A DNA stretch of 64,000 bases from Camelus ferus (Eukaryota): contig NC_045697.1 of the NCBI RefSeq assembly GCF_009834535.1, positions 9,674,001 to 9,738,000 on the forward strand, written 5' to 3'. Shown one piece after another: positions 36,090 to 48,449 of this stretch. The notes beneath the pieces were generated by a model that was given only the letters and a program-made list of their open reading frames with translations, was not told where the DNA came from and made no database searches. The translations under genes and the position numbers were made by a program. Positions within the stretch are counted from its first letter, which is position 1. Every line of letters begins with the position of its first letter.

Positions 36090-36330
36090 TCAGCATAATG
36101 CAGTGGAAAAAAATCTCAGGTCATGGAATCTTAGGCCTGGTTATCATGCTTTTACTGCCTTTAATTATCTTGCCTGGAGCAAGTTTCCTTGCCTTTCCAA
36201 GTCTCAATTTTCTCATCTGTAAAAGGAGCTATAATAATTATCACAGGGGTAGTTATGCGGTTTATTAAAATGCAGACTGAGTGATCAGAAAGTACCTAGC
36301 ATACAAGTGATCAATAAATACCAGCTACTG
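36090..36330 (+). mobile_element. MIR SINE
   Basis: cagcataatgcagtggaaaa...gtctcaattttctcatctgtaaaaggag. Confidence 0.75.
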
Positions 36331-36399
36331 TCACCTGTGAGGGACTGGGCCGCACTAGAGAATGATGGGAGACCTCCAGCTGCTGGAGAGACGGGGTGG

Positions 36400-36900
36400 A
36401 CAGAGCCCGGGCTGCAGGGCTCAGCCAGGTCAGGTGATGAGAGATCCCCCAAGCCATGCGAAAGGACCGAGGGCATCAAAGGGTTTTAAGCAGGGGAAGG
36501 ACTGCTCTAATTCACATCTCCAAGACTTTGCTGGCTTTGATGGGGAGAGTGGCAACAAGACTGAGTAAACTAAAGTCAGAAGAGTTAAGAGGCTGTTGCA
36601 GTCGCCCTGGTGAGGGCTGAAGAGCGTCTCAGGTGGTGGCCTGAGGTGACTAGCCAAACCACACCTTCTACCTAGAGGTGAGACCTTCAATGTGCCAAGG
36701 TGATCAGGCTCAGTCCCTGACTTCGGGGAGCTCAGTCTCCTGCAGGGAGACAGGTAAGAACGCTGAAAAAGTATAATAAACGAAAAATGATGGGGAAAGA
36801 AATGGGTATCACTTGAGAGCAAAGAGAAAGAAACACTATCTGCTCTGATGGGGAGGGATGCTTGAGGAAGGTTTTGGGGAGGACATGACCTGTGCAGGTG
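36400..36900 (-). mobile_element. L2 fragments
   Basis: gggttttaagcagggga...gttaagaggctgttgcagt...; aaggttttgggaggacatgacc. Confidence 0.6.
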
Positions 36901-37699
36901 CCATCTTTAAAGAAGAACCCTTTCTGCCATCTTCAGGTTGACCTGAATGTAAATGCTGAGACTTTCTAATAACAGTACCATGTCTCCAGGAGAGGAATTC
37001 CCACCATATATATGGATGAGAAGGAAAGATGGGAGGATCCCTTTCAAGGATAAAATACTAGGAGATCTTTTTTTAAGAAAATGTCTAAATTCCATTTGCA
37101 TCATTATGCTGCAAACCTTTAATCCCCCCTGCATGCTGCAAAGTCAGTGTTTTGGATTTGGGGGGACAGTTATTTGAAGAGAGACAATCACTTGCTCTTC
37201 TGTGTTACCTATCCATATGTCTCTCAATCTATGTACTGTTAAACATTCCCTAAGAAAAAATTTAGAGGAAATCAGGAACTCTGAAATGAACTGGAATTTA
37301 ATGTTGTTCCATTAACCTTTCAGAAAATGCCGGCAAGAAGCTTGAGAAGGTAATCACACACAAGGGGAGAAAGCCGGGTGTGTATACTGTAGGTCCACCA
37401 GAAAGAAAGGGTTTCGCGGTGGGTCATGTCACCAAAAATTATGTGGACTCAACAGTTAAGAACTAAAATCATGTTTACATTTGGACAGATGATTCCTAAT
37501 TGGGTTGTCCATTAAGTGACTGAGTGCAGGAGTCCTGACAAAATGAAACCTAATTTACAAGCCTCAGACAGTGATTAGCTGTGGAAGGTGAGGGATACAC
37601 GACTCCTGGGTCCGGTCTGCCTTCAGCTGCGCCAGCACAGGGTGGTGAGGCCAGGAACTAAGCCAGCAACACCCAGGGCGCCAGTGGAAGCCCACTCTT

Positions 37700-37915
37700 T
37701 CATGGAAATTTACAGAGCATGTTCCCACACACCATGTCGTTTGATCTCACCACTACCCAGACAAGAGACAGGGCACACGCTCTTGTTTGTCCTTGTGTAT
37801 AGCTACAGAAACCAAGATTCAGGTGACTCACCCAAGGTCACAGAATGAGGGCAGGAAGGGGACGCAATTCAGGCCAGCTCTTGTGACCCTCAATCTTGCA
37901 TTCTGGCCACCCCAC
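37700..37915 (-). mobile_element. MIR SINE
   Basis: tcgtttgatctcacca...ggtgactcacccaaggtcacaga. Confidence 0.6.
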
Positions 37916-38519
37916 CTCTCAAAAACCTTCTGATAGTGACAGCTCACAGTTAAGAGCCCGGGCAGTGTAAGCATGTGTAAGTGTAGTTGGTATACGAATA
38001 GGTATAAAACGATTGCACAACAATGAGCTTACCTGGGCTTGGGGAGTGGACATGGTGATGCTGCTGGTGGGGCCCAGGTGGGCAGCTGTTTGCATCTCAG
38101 GCTCAAAGTTGCCAGAGCCTTTCATGCCCCTCCAGGCAGGGGAACCCAGAAAAGGAGGCCACAGAGAGGAGGCACTCACATTAGAGGACGGGAAGCAGAG
38201 TGACCGGGAGGGTTCAGTTGATGAAGTCTTGGTAGAGGAATACTATTCTTTGAAGAAGTGCACAAGGCAATAACTAGGACCCTCCTGTGCTTAGTGTTTA
38301 CGGATGCAAAGCCAGCAGCAGGCACCTAGCTCAGAGTAAGAGACACGTGGGCAGGACGGGGGGTGCAGACCTGGGACAAATCTCTTCCCATCGCCATATC
38401 GATGAAGGGGCTCACTAGTCCGTTAGAGAGAACTGCTAACTGTATCAGACCACTAACACTTGCAAAGTTTTCCTCCATTGACCTGGAAATAAAATGCAAA
38501 TTTCTTGGGCGGATTCTCA

Positions 38520-38990
38520 ATAGCCCTGGGAGGCCCCACCCTTAGTTAATTCTACCACTTTAGGTCTCATCACACACCACACCTCACATACATGCCCCCA
38601 AGCTGCTCACGCAAAGGCACTGCGGCTATCCAAAGCACTCACTGCTTCACCTCCTTTGCTAGAGCACATACTCTCTTGCCTCTAGGCCTTGACCCATGCT
38701 GTTCTGCTACCAGCTTCATTTCCTCCTTCCCATCCCCATCGTGGAATTCCTACTCATCCTTCGGGGGTCAGTCTAAAGGTCACTTCCTGCAGGAAGTGCC
38801 TCCCCATCACCTCTACCCTTCCTAGCCTGAGTTTGCCCGCCACGCTCTTGCATTTCAGTCTGTACTTCCTCAAACCTCCCTATGAATTACAGCCGGCAAT
38901 TATTTGATAGAACAGGGATTGTTAGCATGTTCACTATGGTAACCCCAAGTCAAGCACTGTACTATTTGATGGAGTAGATTAATTCTTTAA
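38520..38990 (+). mobile_element. L2 3' fragment
   Basis: aattcctactcatccttc...gtcacttcctgcaggaagtgcctccc...gttcactatggtaacccca. Confidence 0.6.
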
Positions 38991-39611
38991 TTTAGCGGGT
39001 AGTAAAATCTAGGAAACAAAAAGCATTTCACCTTTAGATGGTAAGTTCAGTTAGTCTCAGCTCAACAAAATCGGGCAACCCCCTCCACATCATGTTACAT
39101 AAACACCCAGACAGACCTTGAGTCTAGATTCTGTGCCAAAGTGAACAAGAGTCCTGTTTAGAGAATTCTCTCTTAAGAAGGCTTATTTCTGTCTGGGTGT
39201 GACCTAAGTTACTAAGGGCTCTAAATAATTGGGAAAGACATTATCTTTGGAAACTCTTTAAAATCCAACCTCTGTCCCTTAGTTCCTGCCAAATATCCCC
39301 CACAACTCGCAGTAAGTGGATTACTCTGTCCTTAATCACATACTAAATGCCTGCATCTGTGGTTGGCAAAAGCTGGCTGCAAGATAGCTGCAATCATCCT
39401 GTCCATGTCCTGCTATTACAGCAGAAGAAATATTAGGGAAAGAGCTCCAAATAGCACATGAGAGTGAGATCTGCATTCATTCAACTCTAGTTAAGGGTCA
39501 GTTATATTGTAGGTAGTTAACTGAGATAAATCAGACACATTCCCTTTGTCTGGAGGATCTCTAAAAAAATAAGTGTTTGTAGAACTAAAAATTTCTAATA
39601 ATTGTATAGCC

Positions 39612-39780
39612 TTTGCTTCTCAAACTTTAATGTATATTTGAAATCACCTGGGGATCATGTTGAAATGACATTCTGATTCAGGAAGTTTGGAGAGGAGCCT
39701 GAGATTCTGCATCTCCAACAAGCTCCTGAGTGAGTGATGCCAACGCTGCAGGTCTGGGGACCACATTTTGAGCAGAAAGC
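39612..39780 (+). mobile_element. MER5A1-like MITE, near full length
   Basis: gcttctcaaactttaatgt...aatcacctggggatc...ttctgattcagga...gcctgagattctgcatctccaacaagctcc...gggaccacattttgagcag. Confidence 0.85.
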
Positions 39781-40659
39781 ATCACCATGTGGTCTATAAA
39801 GAAAGACAATAACTATGTCCTCATACCTCATCTGATTCTCACAAGAAGGCTGGGAGTAGATATGGGAGATACTTTATGACCCTTTCACAGATAAAAACTC
39901 TGAGTTGAGGAGAAATCACTATATTTTCCAATGGTATCAGCAGGTATCAACCAATGGTTAAGACCAGGATTCATTTGTTCATACCCAGGACCCCAAATCC
40001 CCAGTTTAACCCTCTACAGAGCCCCTACTCTTAGCTGCTAATCGCAGCCAAGATGCTGTTCTGCCTCTGGACACAGACCTTGTATCCACCAGGTGCCCTC
40101 CCGGCCCCTGGAGGGCACAATGGCAGTCATAGCCCTGCCCTCTGTGATTGGCCTTGGCTGACCTTCATGAGTTTGGCCACTCCCAGGACAATGGGCAGAG
40201 ACCAGGGAGAAGAATGAGAAGGGATCTCTGTTCTAGAAGCACCTATTATCTCTGGGTCTCAGCAAGGTCTCTGAACACCCAGCATCTCCTCCACACTGCA
40301 GTGCCTCTGCTCAAGTCACCCACAGATGACAAGCCACCGTCCTTAGGGGGATGGGAGAGAACTGCCCCGGACGCTCACCTACCATGTATAGGACATTGCT
40401 CGGGAGTTTTCCCTGAGTTGTCCCCTTCAGTGGGTGCAGTGTGGGTGAAGATCTTCATGCATTCGTTCTTTTAACCCTAGTTAAGCACCACCTATGTTCT
40501 AGTCACTGAATAAAGATAAATATAAATAAGATGCATTCCTTCCCTTCAAGTGATGCTCATAGAAGGTGGGTGACGTGTCAAAGTGACCCCACTGGGAAGG
40601 GCTGCAGCAGGGGCGGGAAAGCACTGTCTCCCCAGCCTGAATTCATCACTTTTTCCATC

Positions 40660-40826
40660 CCCAATGAACTTCTGAGACCAGCAGCCCTCATCATCTGGGG
40701 AATCTGTTAATAATTCAGAGATTATGAGTCAGTAGGTCTGCGAGAGTCCCAATCATCTGCATTTTTACAGTCACACCAAGGGATTCTGATTCAAGCAAAC
40801 ATCAGATCACACTCTGAAGACCATGA
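40660..40826 (+). mobile_element. MER5-family MITE (degenerate)
   Basis: gtcagtaggtctg...atctgcatttttaca...gattctgat...cacactctgaagaccatg. Confidence 0.55.
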
Positions 40827-41199
40827 CTTCATATCAACTATAGACCTTAGACAGGAGAACTGTCTATCGGAAGGTCTCCCTGGAAACCTACTGGGCACCG
40901 AGAGAGAGGCACCCTCCCACTTTGGAGACACTGAGTTGATTGACAAGAAGAGGTATTGTGTGCAACCAAACTTGGAAGCACTATAGAAAGGGTTACATCT
41001 GAGGCCAGGAATGCAGCCATGCTAGAAAGCTGCAGGGCTAGCAGGGTGTGGGGGGTAAGGCAGCCCACAAGTACCACCCCTGTGCCACTCACATCGCATC
41101 ATGTTATTACAATCACTGTTCCTTTGTGTCAGTGACCTGCTGATTATCGCTTTATGGTTCTGGACTGTGTTGAGTCAAGTCAACCAGGCTGAAATCTGT

Positions 41200-42330
41200 G
41201 AAGTGGGGGAGTGGGGAGCAGGGCACAAGGAGGCAGAGACATCGGGGAGGTGATTACAGAGATGATAAAGATATCCTGCAAGGTACAATGAAAGCTAAGA
41301 CCTAAAAGACAAGAGGGAATCAACCACAGAAAGATCCAAGAGAAAAATATTCTAGAAAGAGAAATAAAAAATCTGAAGTCCCCTCTAAAGAGAGAATATG
41401 CATGGCTTGTTGGAGGAACAGAAAGCGGGCCAGTGAGTGGCTGAAGAAAGTAGGAACAGGGAGGCCTAAGAGGTGGTCAAAGACTGAAACTGACCCCATA
41501 AACCAGGAGGAGCAGTTTGGATTTTCTTTGGAGCATTTTAAACAAACTAGTTGACCTGATCTTATTAACATTTATTTTTGAAACTTCTCCTTCTTGTGCA
41601 GTTAGTAGGCCGAGAGGGACAAGAATGGGACAGAGAGAGCAGATAAAACTGCTGACGTATTCCAGGCAAGAACGAGGACGGCCTGGGATGAGGATGGTGG
41701 TCGGGGGCAGAGTGACCGCGGCAGACTGGGAGAAGTTTCGGAGGCAGAAGTGACAGGAATCCCTGCTGTCTTAGATGAGGGATGGTGAGGGAAGGAAAGA
41801 GATCCTGTCTCACTGGCAAGGGCGACTGGATGCACAGCAGTGCTATGTGCTGAGATGGGAGGACTGGCAAGTGAATGAGGCTATACTGGGGGGAGGTAGA
41901 GATACTATGGAAATCAAGAGTTCTTTTTTGAATGTGTGATGTTTAAGGTGCGTTTTAGATATCTACGTGGAGATGGCAGGTAGAAGATGGTTATAGAGTC
42001 AGTTTTCCCTTTGTGACTAGGGACATAAACTTGAGTGTCATTAGCCTGTAGATGATATTTGAAGATACGGGACTGGATGTGATTATCGAGAGTGAGCCAG
42101 AAAGGAGATTCAGGGCCAATTTGAGGGGCTTGCAACATGTTAAGATAGAGAAGAAGAGGAGAACGCTGAGGAGCAATGGTTTGTGAGAGAGGTGTGGCTT
42201 CAGGGAGGCCAAAGCAGGGGTAAGGGCGGGAGCTGGGATGTATCTTAAGAAAAAAAAAATGGCCAACTCTGTCTAATTCTGCAGAGAGGGCTACTAACCT
42301 GAAGACTGAGAAATAACCATTGGATTTACA
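41200..42330 (-). mobile_element. L2a-like LINE fragment (about 1.1 kb)
   Basis: gggaggactgg...aaatcaagagttctttttt...tttagatatctacgtggagatggcaggtag...tagatgatatttgaag...gactggatgtgat...gaagactgagaaataaccattggattt. Confidence 0.8.
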
Positions 42331-43639
42331 TCCCCAGCTCCTGGGGTCACAACTGGCACACAGTAGATGCTGCACTAATTAACTGATGACAAGTACAGAA
42401 TGTGTTTGGCTGCCAGGGTACCACTCCTCAACCTCCTTCCTCCTGCCTCTCTGACAGACATTGATTACAGCTTTTTTTCTTTTTTTTTTTTTTAATCCAG
42501 ACCCAGCCATGGAATCTTTCAGCTCTAGGCAAGCTCTGTCAAGTAATTGGAGTCGTCCTGAGAATTTAAGCTTATTTGCTGTACCCAGTATAGAATAAAG
42601 AGTCTGGACAGGACTTTATATCAGCATTTTTGAACAATGGAGCCTCATTTGGGCGGCTTCAGGAGGAACCACAGGCTACCTATCTGCCAAGGGCACTGCA
42701 GAAGAACTGCTGAGGTGGGGACTGAACCAGGTGACCGCTAAGTCCCCTTGAAGAGTCCACAGTTCAGATGGCAGGCTTCTCGCTACCCCAGGCATGCAGC
42801 CACTCAAAGCCGGAAGAGAAAAATCCAACCCAGCCTAGGTAAGTACGTGTGAACCAAATCTTTCTTAAAACTTCCTCCTATGCATTTCTTTCCCCTCTTA
42901 TCTTTACTGGCCTCCTGAAACGCCTTATCTGCAAAGGCAGGATTCTGTTCTAAATCTCTGTCTCTGAACACAATGACCATTTCTGTTCCCTCTACAAGGT
43001 AAAAATGAGACATTGCTGGATGCCAGACATTAACGTAACTTATCCACTCAGCCACAGGCAGACTGGCTTCATCTCCGAATGATGTACTCCCCCACATGAA
43101 ATAAAAGCAGACAGTTTTATTCTTCAGTCCAACGCACTCAGCACTATGGAGAGACATCTGCCGCAGACAAATCTCGGGTCTTTGGAGCCTTAACACTTTC
43201 AAATTTATTCCTCTCCACCACCTGGAGGCTCCTGAGTCCATTTGCGGACTTTTCCACCTAATGCTGCCTTGCAAGCTAATGAGCAGTTGGTTCATAGACA
43301 TGCAAGCTGTAGTTCTGCTATTAAATTTCCTCCGGCTGTACGGCAGTGGGAAGGGCAGAGAATTAACCATCAGGAGGCTCTCGGTGCCCTCCATCCCTTC
43401 TCACCTTTCGTAACTGCTTCAACAAACACAGACCAGTGCCAGATTCTATGCTGCTTTCTAGAATCAGAACTTAGAGGCACAGCAAGGAATAAGATACAGT
43501 CTCTTTGCCCACCTGGGACTCAGGAATGGGCTCTGGAAGTTCTCTGTATCCCTCTGAAGTGACAGGCAAAATGTTGTGTGTATGTGCACATCTGTGGGTC
43601 TGTCTCTACTAAGTGACCTGTAATTATCACTGGATTCTG

Positions 43640-44400
43640 AATCCAAAAAGATCAGTGATTAATTGGAATCCATAGGCAGCTTTGACAGCTCCCTGTCTTC
43701 ATCCCCAGTCACATACAAACCAATCACCCAGGCTCGTCAGTTTTTCCCTAAATTGCTGTAGATCTAGCCCCTTCTCTCCATGCCCCCACCCTGCTCCAAG
43801 CTGCCCTTATCTCAGTGGGTGACTGAAAATAGCCTCCTCGGTGTCTCCGTGGAATCCTTTCCCTTCTCCAGTCTGCTCTCCAGAGGCCAGCACCCATTTT
43901 CTGATCTCTAATCTGATCATTTCAATCCTTTGTTTAGAGCCTTTTAATGACTTCCCACTGAATGCCAAAGACAAGTGATTAACTTCCACATGATCACTAG
44001 CAATCACAACAGCATCGCTCCCTACTATTCTCTCACTCTGTGAACTCCAGCCTCACCAAAGTTCTTTCACACCTTCCCATCTCCATCCACTCTCCTGCCG
44101 CGGGACCTGTGTGCATTCTGTAATCTCCACTGGAGATCATAATTATCACTTCTCCCGGCCACTTCCCGTAACCTCTCGACCGGGTCAAGCACCCTATTGT
44201 AAAACCTCACGGCTCCATGAACTTCTTCATCAGCTCTGTGCAAGCCAGCATTACGCAGGCTTTGTATAACCCATTGATTAATTTCTGTCCGTCAGCAAAC
44301 CTGACTATTGGTCATTGTATCCCCAGTGCTGCGCAGAATGCTGGGCACAGGGGAGGCGAGGACGTGATTAACACCCAGTGAATGGACGAGTGAGTGATCA
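43640..44400 (+). mobile_element. L2 LINE 3' region
   Basis: caatcacc...ccccttctctcca...aatagcctcct...aatctgatcat...ttcccactg...gtatccccagtgctgcgcagaatgctgggcaca. Confidence 0.75.
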
Positions 44401-44799
44401 AGTGGGCGCATAAATAAGCAGTGTGGCAGATGCTACAAGACAGCACGAAGTCCTGCTGGGCACAAGAGAGGGGGAGTCTCCCCAGCAGGTCGGGGGGCAG
44501 ACCTGTGTCTCCTTCACCTTCCGTGTCCAGCCCAGGCTTATCACGTAGTGCAGGTGAGCAGCGTGAGTGGACTGAGCCTACGAAGCAGTGGAGTAGCAGC
44601 CAACTCTGCCTGGGAGAGTGGGCAGGGGCTTCCGGAGAAGTCAGCATGGGCATCAGTCACGAAGGAAAACTGAGAGTACCAGGGGAAAGGGAGAGGGCAG
44701 TAGGCAAAGGGCACTTCCAACAGAAGGAACAAGTACAAGCCATGAAGCCACAGAAACGGGAGTAAACGTTCTGCGGAGGGGAAGGAGGGTGAGGGCAGA

Positions 44800-45196
44800 G
44801 ATGTGGAGATGTGCTCCCGATTCTCCTTCTGGGAGGGAAGGACCCCTTGCCCAGCTGCTGGCTGTGCTGAGGACAGACACCTGCCATTGGCAGCTCCTGA
44901 GTGGGGGCTTCTGCTGCAGAGAGCCTCCTGGCCCAAGGTCACCCGTTCCAGGAGCACTGGCGGAGATGCGGGTGCAAAGGCCGGCCATATTGTGGCCCCC
45001 AGAAGGGGACCATTCCACAGCGCTTTATCTCCAGTGCTCCCAGGGGGGCTGGCAGAGGTCGCCATCATCACAGCTTCCCTGCTCCCTCTGTCCACCCTCC
45101 CACAGGTGTTGATCTCCCTTCAGCACTAACCTCTGTATCAGGGTCAGTCTGTGAGCGGCTTCAAGGATGGGTTTACACAGGAGAACCAACTAGGAA
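44800..45196 (+). mobile_element. ERVL solo LTR (LTR16B-like) inside an antisense L2
   Basis: cccagctgctgg...gcccaaggtcacc...aaaggccggcca...tcccacaggtgttgatc...gagaaccaact. Confidence 0.65.
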
Positions 45197-45589
45197 GTGA
45201 GTTTGGAGCTAGATAGTGAAGCTCCCCAATGCTGTGCCAAGAGATGACAACTTTTTCTGTAAGCAGTGAGAAGCCAGCGAGGCCTTTCAAGCAGAAGGTG
45301 CTGAGGTTACAGTCCTGTATTGAAAGACCTCTCCACCTGCTGCGTGATGCCAGAGGCTTGGCAGGAGGCCACTGGAGCAGTCCAGGAAGGAGAAAAGTGG
45401 GGTCCAAGCTGGAGAGGTGGTGGGTCATGGTGAGGGAGCATGGTGTTGGGAAATTTAGGAGGAAAAATCAATAGCCCCTTATGACACATTGACTGCGGGT
45501 CAGAGTAAGGGATGAGTAAGCAATGACAGAGGGTGTATGTTAACTCCCAGGCGCAGTGGGGGAACACAGCTGACGTGGGGTATTAAGTA

Positions 45590-45839
45590 GCATCTATAGT
45601 TAACAACGCTGTATTATGTGCTTAAAATTTTACTAAGAGGATAGATCTTATGTTAAGCATTTTCATCACAAAAAAAATAGTAACAATAAATCAATAGGGA
45701 AGTAGGAAACACTTTGGAGAGGATGGATTAGGGTGGTGATAGTTTCATGGGCATACTCTTATCTCTAGACTCATTCAGTTATGTACATTAAGTATGCGTA
45801 GCTTTTTGTATGTCTATGATAACTCAGTACAGTGAGATT

Positions 45840-45842
<3 letters not shown>
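45590..45842 (+). mobile_element. Old L1 (L1MA/L1MB-type) 3' end
   Basis: ctatagttaacaacgctgtattat...aaaattttactaagaggatagatctta...gtacattaagtatgcgtagctttttgtatgtc. Confidence 0.8.

Positions 45843-45891
<49 letters not shown>
45843..45891. repeat. (AT)24 microsatellite at the L1 tail position
   Basis: Read directly from the sequence. Confidence 0.98.
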
Positions 45892-45892
<1 letters not shown>

Positions 45893-46204
45893 CAACCTGG
45901 AAGAGGAATTCTTTCTCCTAAGGCCTTTTTCAAGGGACTCCTAGCTAGTGGAGAATGAAATGATAACTGGAATGTTCTGACAGCATTTAAATATATAATA
46001 AACTAGCAAAGTTTTATAGAAAAGAGCCATCATCAAATTTTTTTTTGTTATGATATTAGGACGTTTTGTTTGATTATAATCAGACATTATGTGAGCTAAA
46101 GAATATTCTTGTGTCAGAGAAATCTTCAAAGAAGAGACAGAGCAAAGGTGTCAATCTGCGGCACAGGAAGGCTAAGTCCGTGCTGAGTGAAGAACTTGGC
46201 GGGA

Positions 46205-46330
46205 GTATCATTCACTCAGCAAATGCTTACTGAATATTTTCTAAGTGCCAAGCACTGTGCTGGGGGCTGGGGATACAATGATGCATAAGAACCCACAGCC
46301 TCCATGTCAGGAAGCAAGCACGTAACCCAG
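46205..46330 (-). mobile_element. L2 3' end
   Basis: cattcactcagcaaatgcttactga...gtgccaagcactgtgctgggggctggggatacaatgatg. Confidence 0.8.
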
Positions 46331-46740
46331 AAAATTCAATGTAAGTAAGTGATGCGTTGCTGAGTCCAGCATGGCCCGAGCACATCAGTTCAGTTCAAAC
46401 ATCCTCTTTCTGGCATTTGCCACTGTGTGTATTTTTGAACTAGAATTACTTGTCCTGCATTTTTCTCTCATTTTTCATAGTACAGTAGTAAGTGTAGACA
46501 GGCATATCGGTTCTGATCTGAACCCTTCCTAGTCTATGACCTTGAGCAAATTACACATCTTATCCAATGGGGACACTTATACCAATCTCCCTGGGTGCAC
46601 TTGAAAACGCACAAAGGTACTGTGTACAGTAGTTACTCCACTGCAGAGACATACTGTGTAAACATTTATCTCGTGTGAATTCATCTGTACCAAATGGGGG
46701 TGCAAAGGAGTAGAGGGAAACAATCACTGGAAGATAGGAC

Positions 46741-46877
46741 CAGGACTGACTACATAACTTGTGGGACCCAGAGGAAAATAAAATTGAGAGGCCCTTGTTC
46801 AAAAACTACTAAGATTTTCAAGATGGTAACAGCAGAGCTTTGAGTCAAGTGCATCACTCTACAGGAAGCCACCCTGG
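46741..46877 (-). mobile_element. MER45A-like MITE (internally deleted)
   Basis: caggactgactacataacttgtgggaccca...aaaataaaa...ggcccttgttcaaaaactactaagattttcaagatggtaacagcagagc...ccctg. Confidence 0.8.
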
Positions 46878-47229
46878 ATACACCTTTCCCATTCCTATTC
46901 TCTCAGTGGTTCTTGGTTTCCATGGACTTCTAATACGGTGAGCTTGCTGTTCTGTGATGAGTATAGATTCCAGTGAAAAAATATATGTCTGTTTACCTGT
47001 TTTGTGTTTACACTGGCCACTAACCAGAAGTAATCTATGAATCTACGTAAAACCATGTAGGCTGCCCTTTGATTTAAGGGATTTTCAAGGGACGGTTTTA
47101 TTTTATGTTTCCCTTCACACACATTCTAAAACCTGCAGGAGATGATAGTCTGCAGCTGTCATTTCTCCTGGGACTTCTAGAATAGGAGCCAACCTTGAGC
47201 CAGGGTCTGGATGGACTGCTTTCTATATA

Positions 47230-47410
47230 GAACCTCATTCAACCCTCCAGCAACCCAGTAAGGGAGATAGTACCACCCTGATTGTCTAAAGGAGGAGAAA
47301 ACTGAGACCCGGAGCAGGGAACCGATTTGCTCAAGTTACCCAGCAAATTAGTGGCAGATCTGAGATTTCAATTCGGGTCTTCGGACTCTAAGGTCCATGT
47401 TCTCTCAATG
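47230..47410 (-). mobile_element. MIR SINE
   Basis: ctcattcaaccctccagcaacccagtaagg...gaaaactgagacc...agtggcagatctgagatttcaa. Confidence 0.75.
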
Positions 47411-48009
47411 ATGTCTTAATAAATGTTTGCTCCTTCCAGCTCTCTTTTTTTTTTCTTTTAATAAATCTTGCCCCAACCCTTTGAAATGTAGAACTGTTTG
47501 ATGAACAGGAAATACACTTTTTTGCATCCTCATAGAAGAGCCTGGTTCAGCACTTCAGTTCAAGCATGTAAGGGGGGAGGTGGAGCCACAGGAGAGCTTG
47601 AGAGTCTAACTCGTACCTCTGGAGCTCTGACTGCCTGATGGTAAAAACTCAGGGCTGACGTCGCTAACCTTGAGCCACCCAAATGCGAGCCCATACAGAG
47701 AGAATGTCATTAAGGGTAGCGATAATAAAGGTCACTTTAGAATGAGTGATGGATGTAATTAACGTTATTGACAATGAAAAATCTCAGTCGCTGAGAGACA
47801 GATGAGTCAACGGTGGGCTTCATGTTGAAACCACATGCCGCCTATTGTTGCTCAAACACTTACCCCCCAAAAAAGGCAATTTCTTGATCAACGCATACAA
47901 AATTTTGAGTTGAAAACACCATGTAACAAGTAGGATGAAAGCAGGCTGTGTGTCATATTTTCAGAGCACGTATGTGCACACACCCGCACAGATTTATATG
48001 CATAATTCT

Positions 48010-48449
48010 GGGCTTGTCGCTCCCCTCTAAGAGTTTTTGTCTTCTCCATATGCATACCTGTGAATCCATTACCACAATCATGATAATAAACATCCATCAC
48101 CCCCAAGTTTCCTCCCTCCCGTCCCTGTACCCAGGCAGTCACCGACCCACCTTCTGTCACTATGTATCACTACATATATCACTACATATATATCAGTTTG
48201 CATTTTCTAGAATTTTATATAAATAGAACCAGTGAGTGAGCATGTACCTTTTTCCTGGCCTGGTTTCCTTCACTCGGCATGATTATTCTGAGACTTACCC
48301 GTGTTGTAGCTGCCGCCTGGCATGTTGCATGTGCAGCACGTCCACTGTGTGGACATATCACCGTTTCTCTCTCGACCTGTTGATAGACATTTAGGTTGTT
48401 TCCAGCATTTGATTATAACAAATAAAGCTGCTATGAACATTCACGTACA
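48010..48449 (-). mobile_element. L1MD-type 3' fragment
   Basis: catccatcacccccaagtttcctc...tttgcattttctagaattttatataaatagaa...gatagacatttaggttgtttccag...aaataaagctgctatgaacattcacgtaca. Confidence 0.85.

Noticed and set aside
42804..43394. Longest ORF in the window (196 aa, - strand)
   Set aside because: No recognisable domain or family similarity; compatible with chance. PhyloCSF would settle it.
44312..45200. Cluster of overlapping 100-184 aa ORFs
   Set aside because: Coincides with a GC-rich LTR16-like LTR and L2 sequence.
48165..48188. 12-bp tandem duplication TATCACTACATA x2
   Set aside because: Ordinary slippage event inside an old L1.
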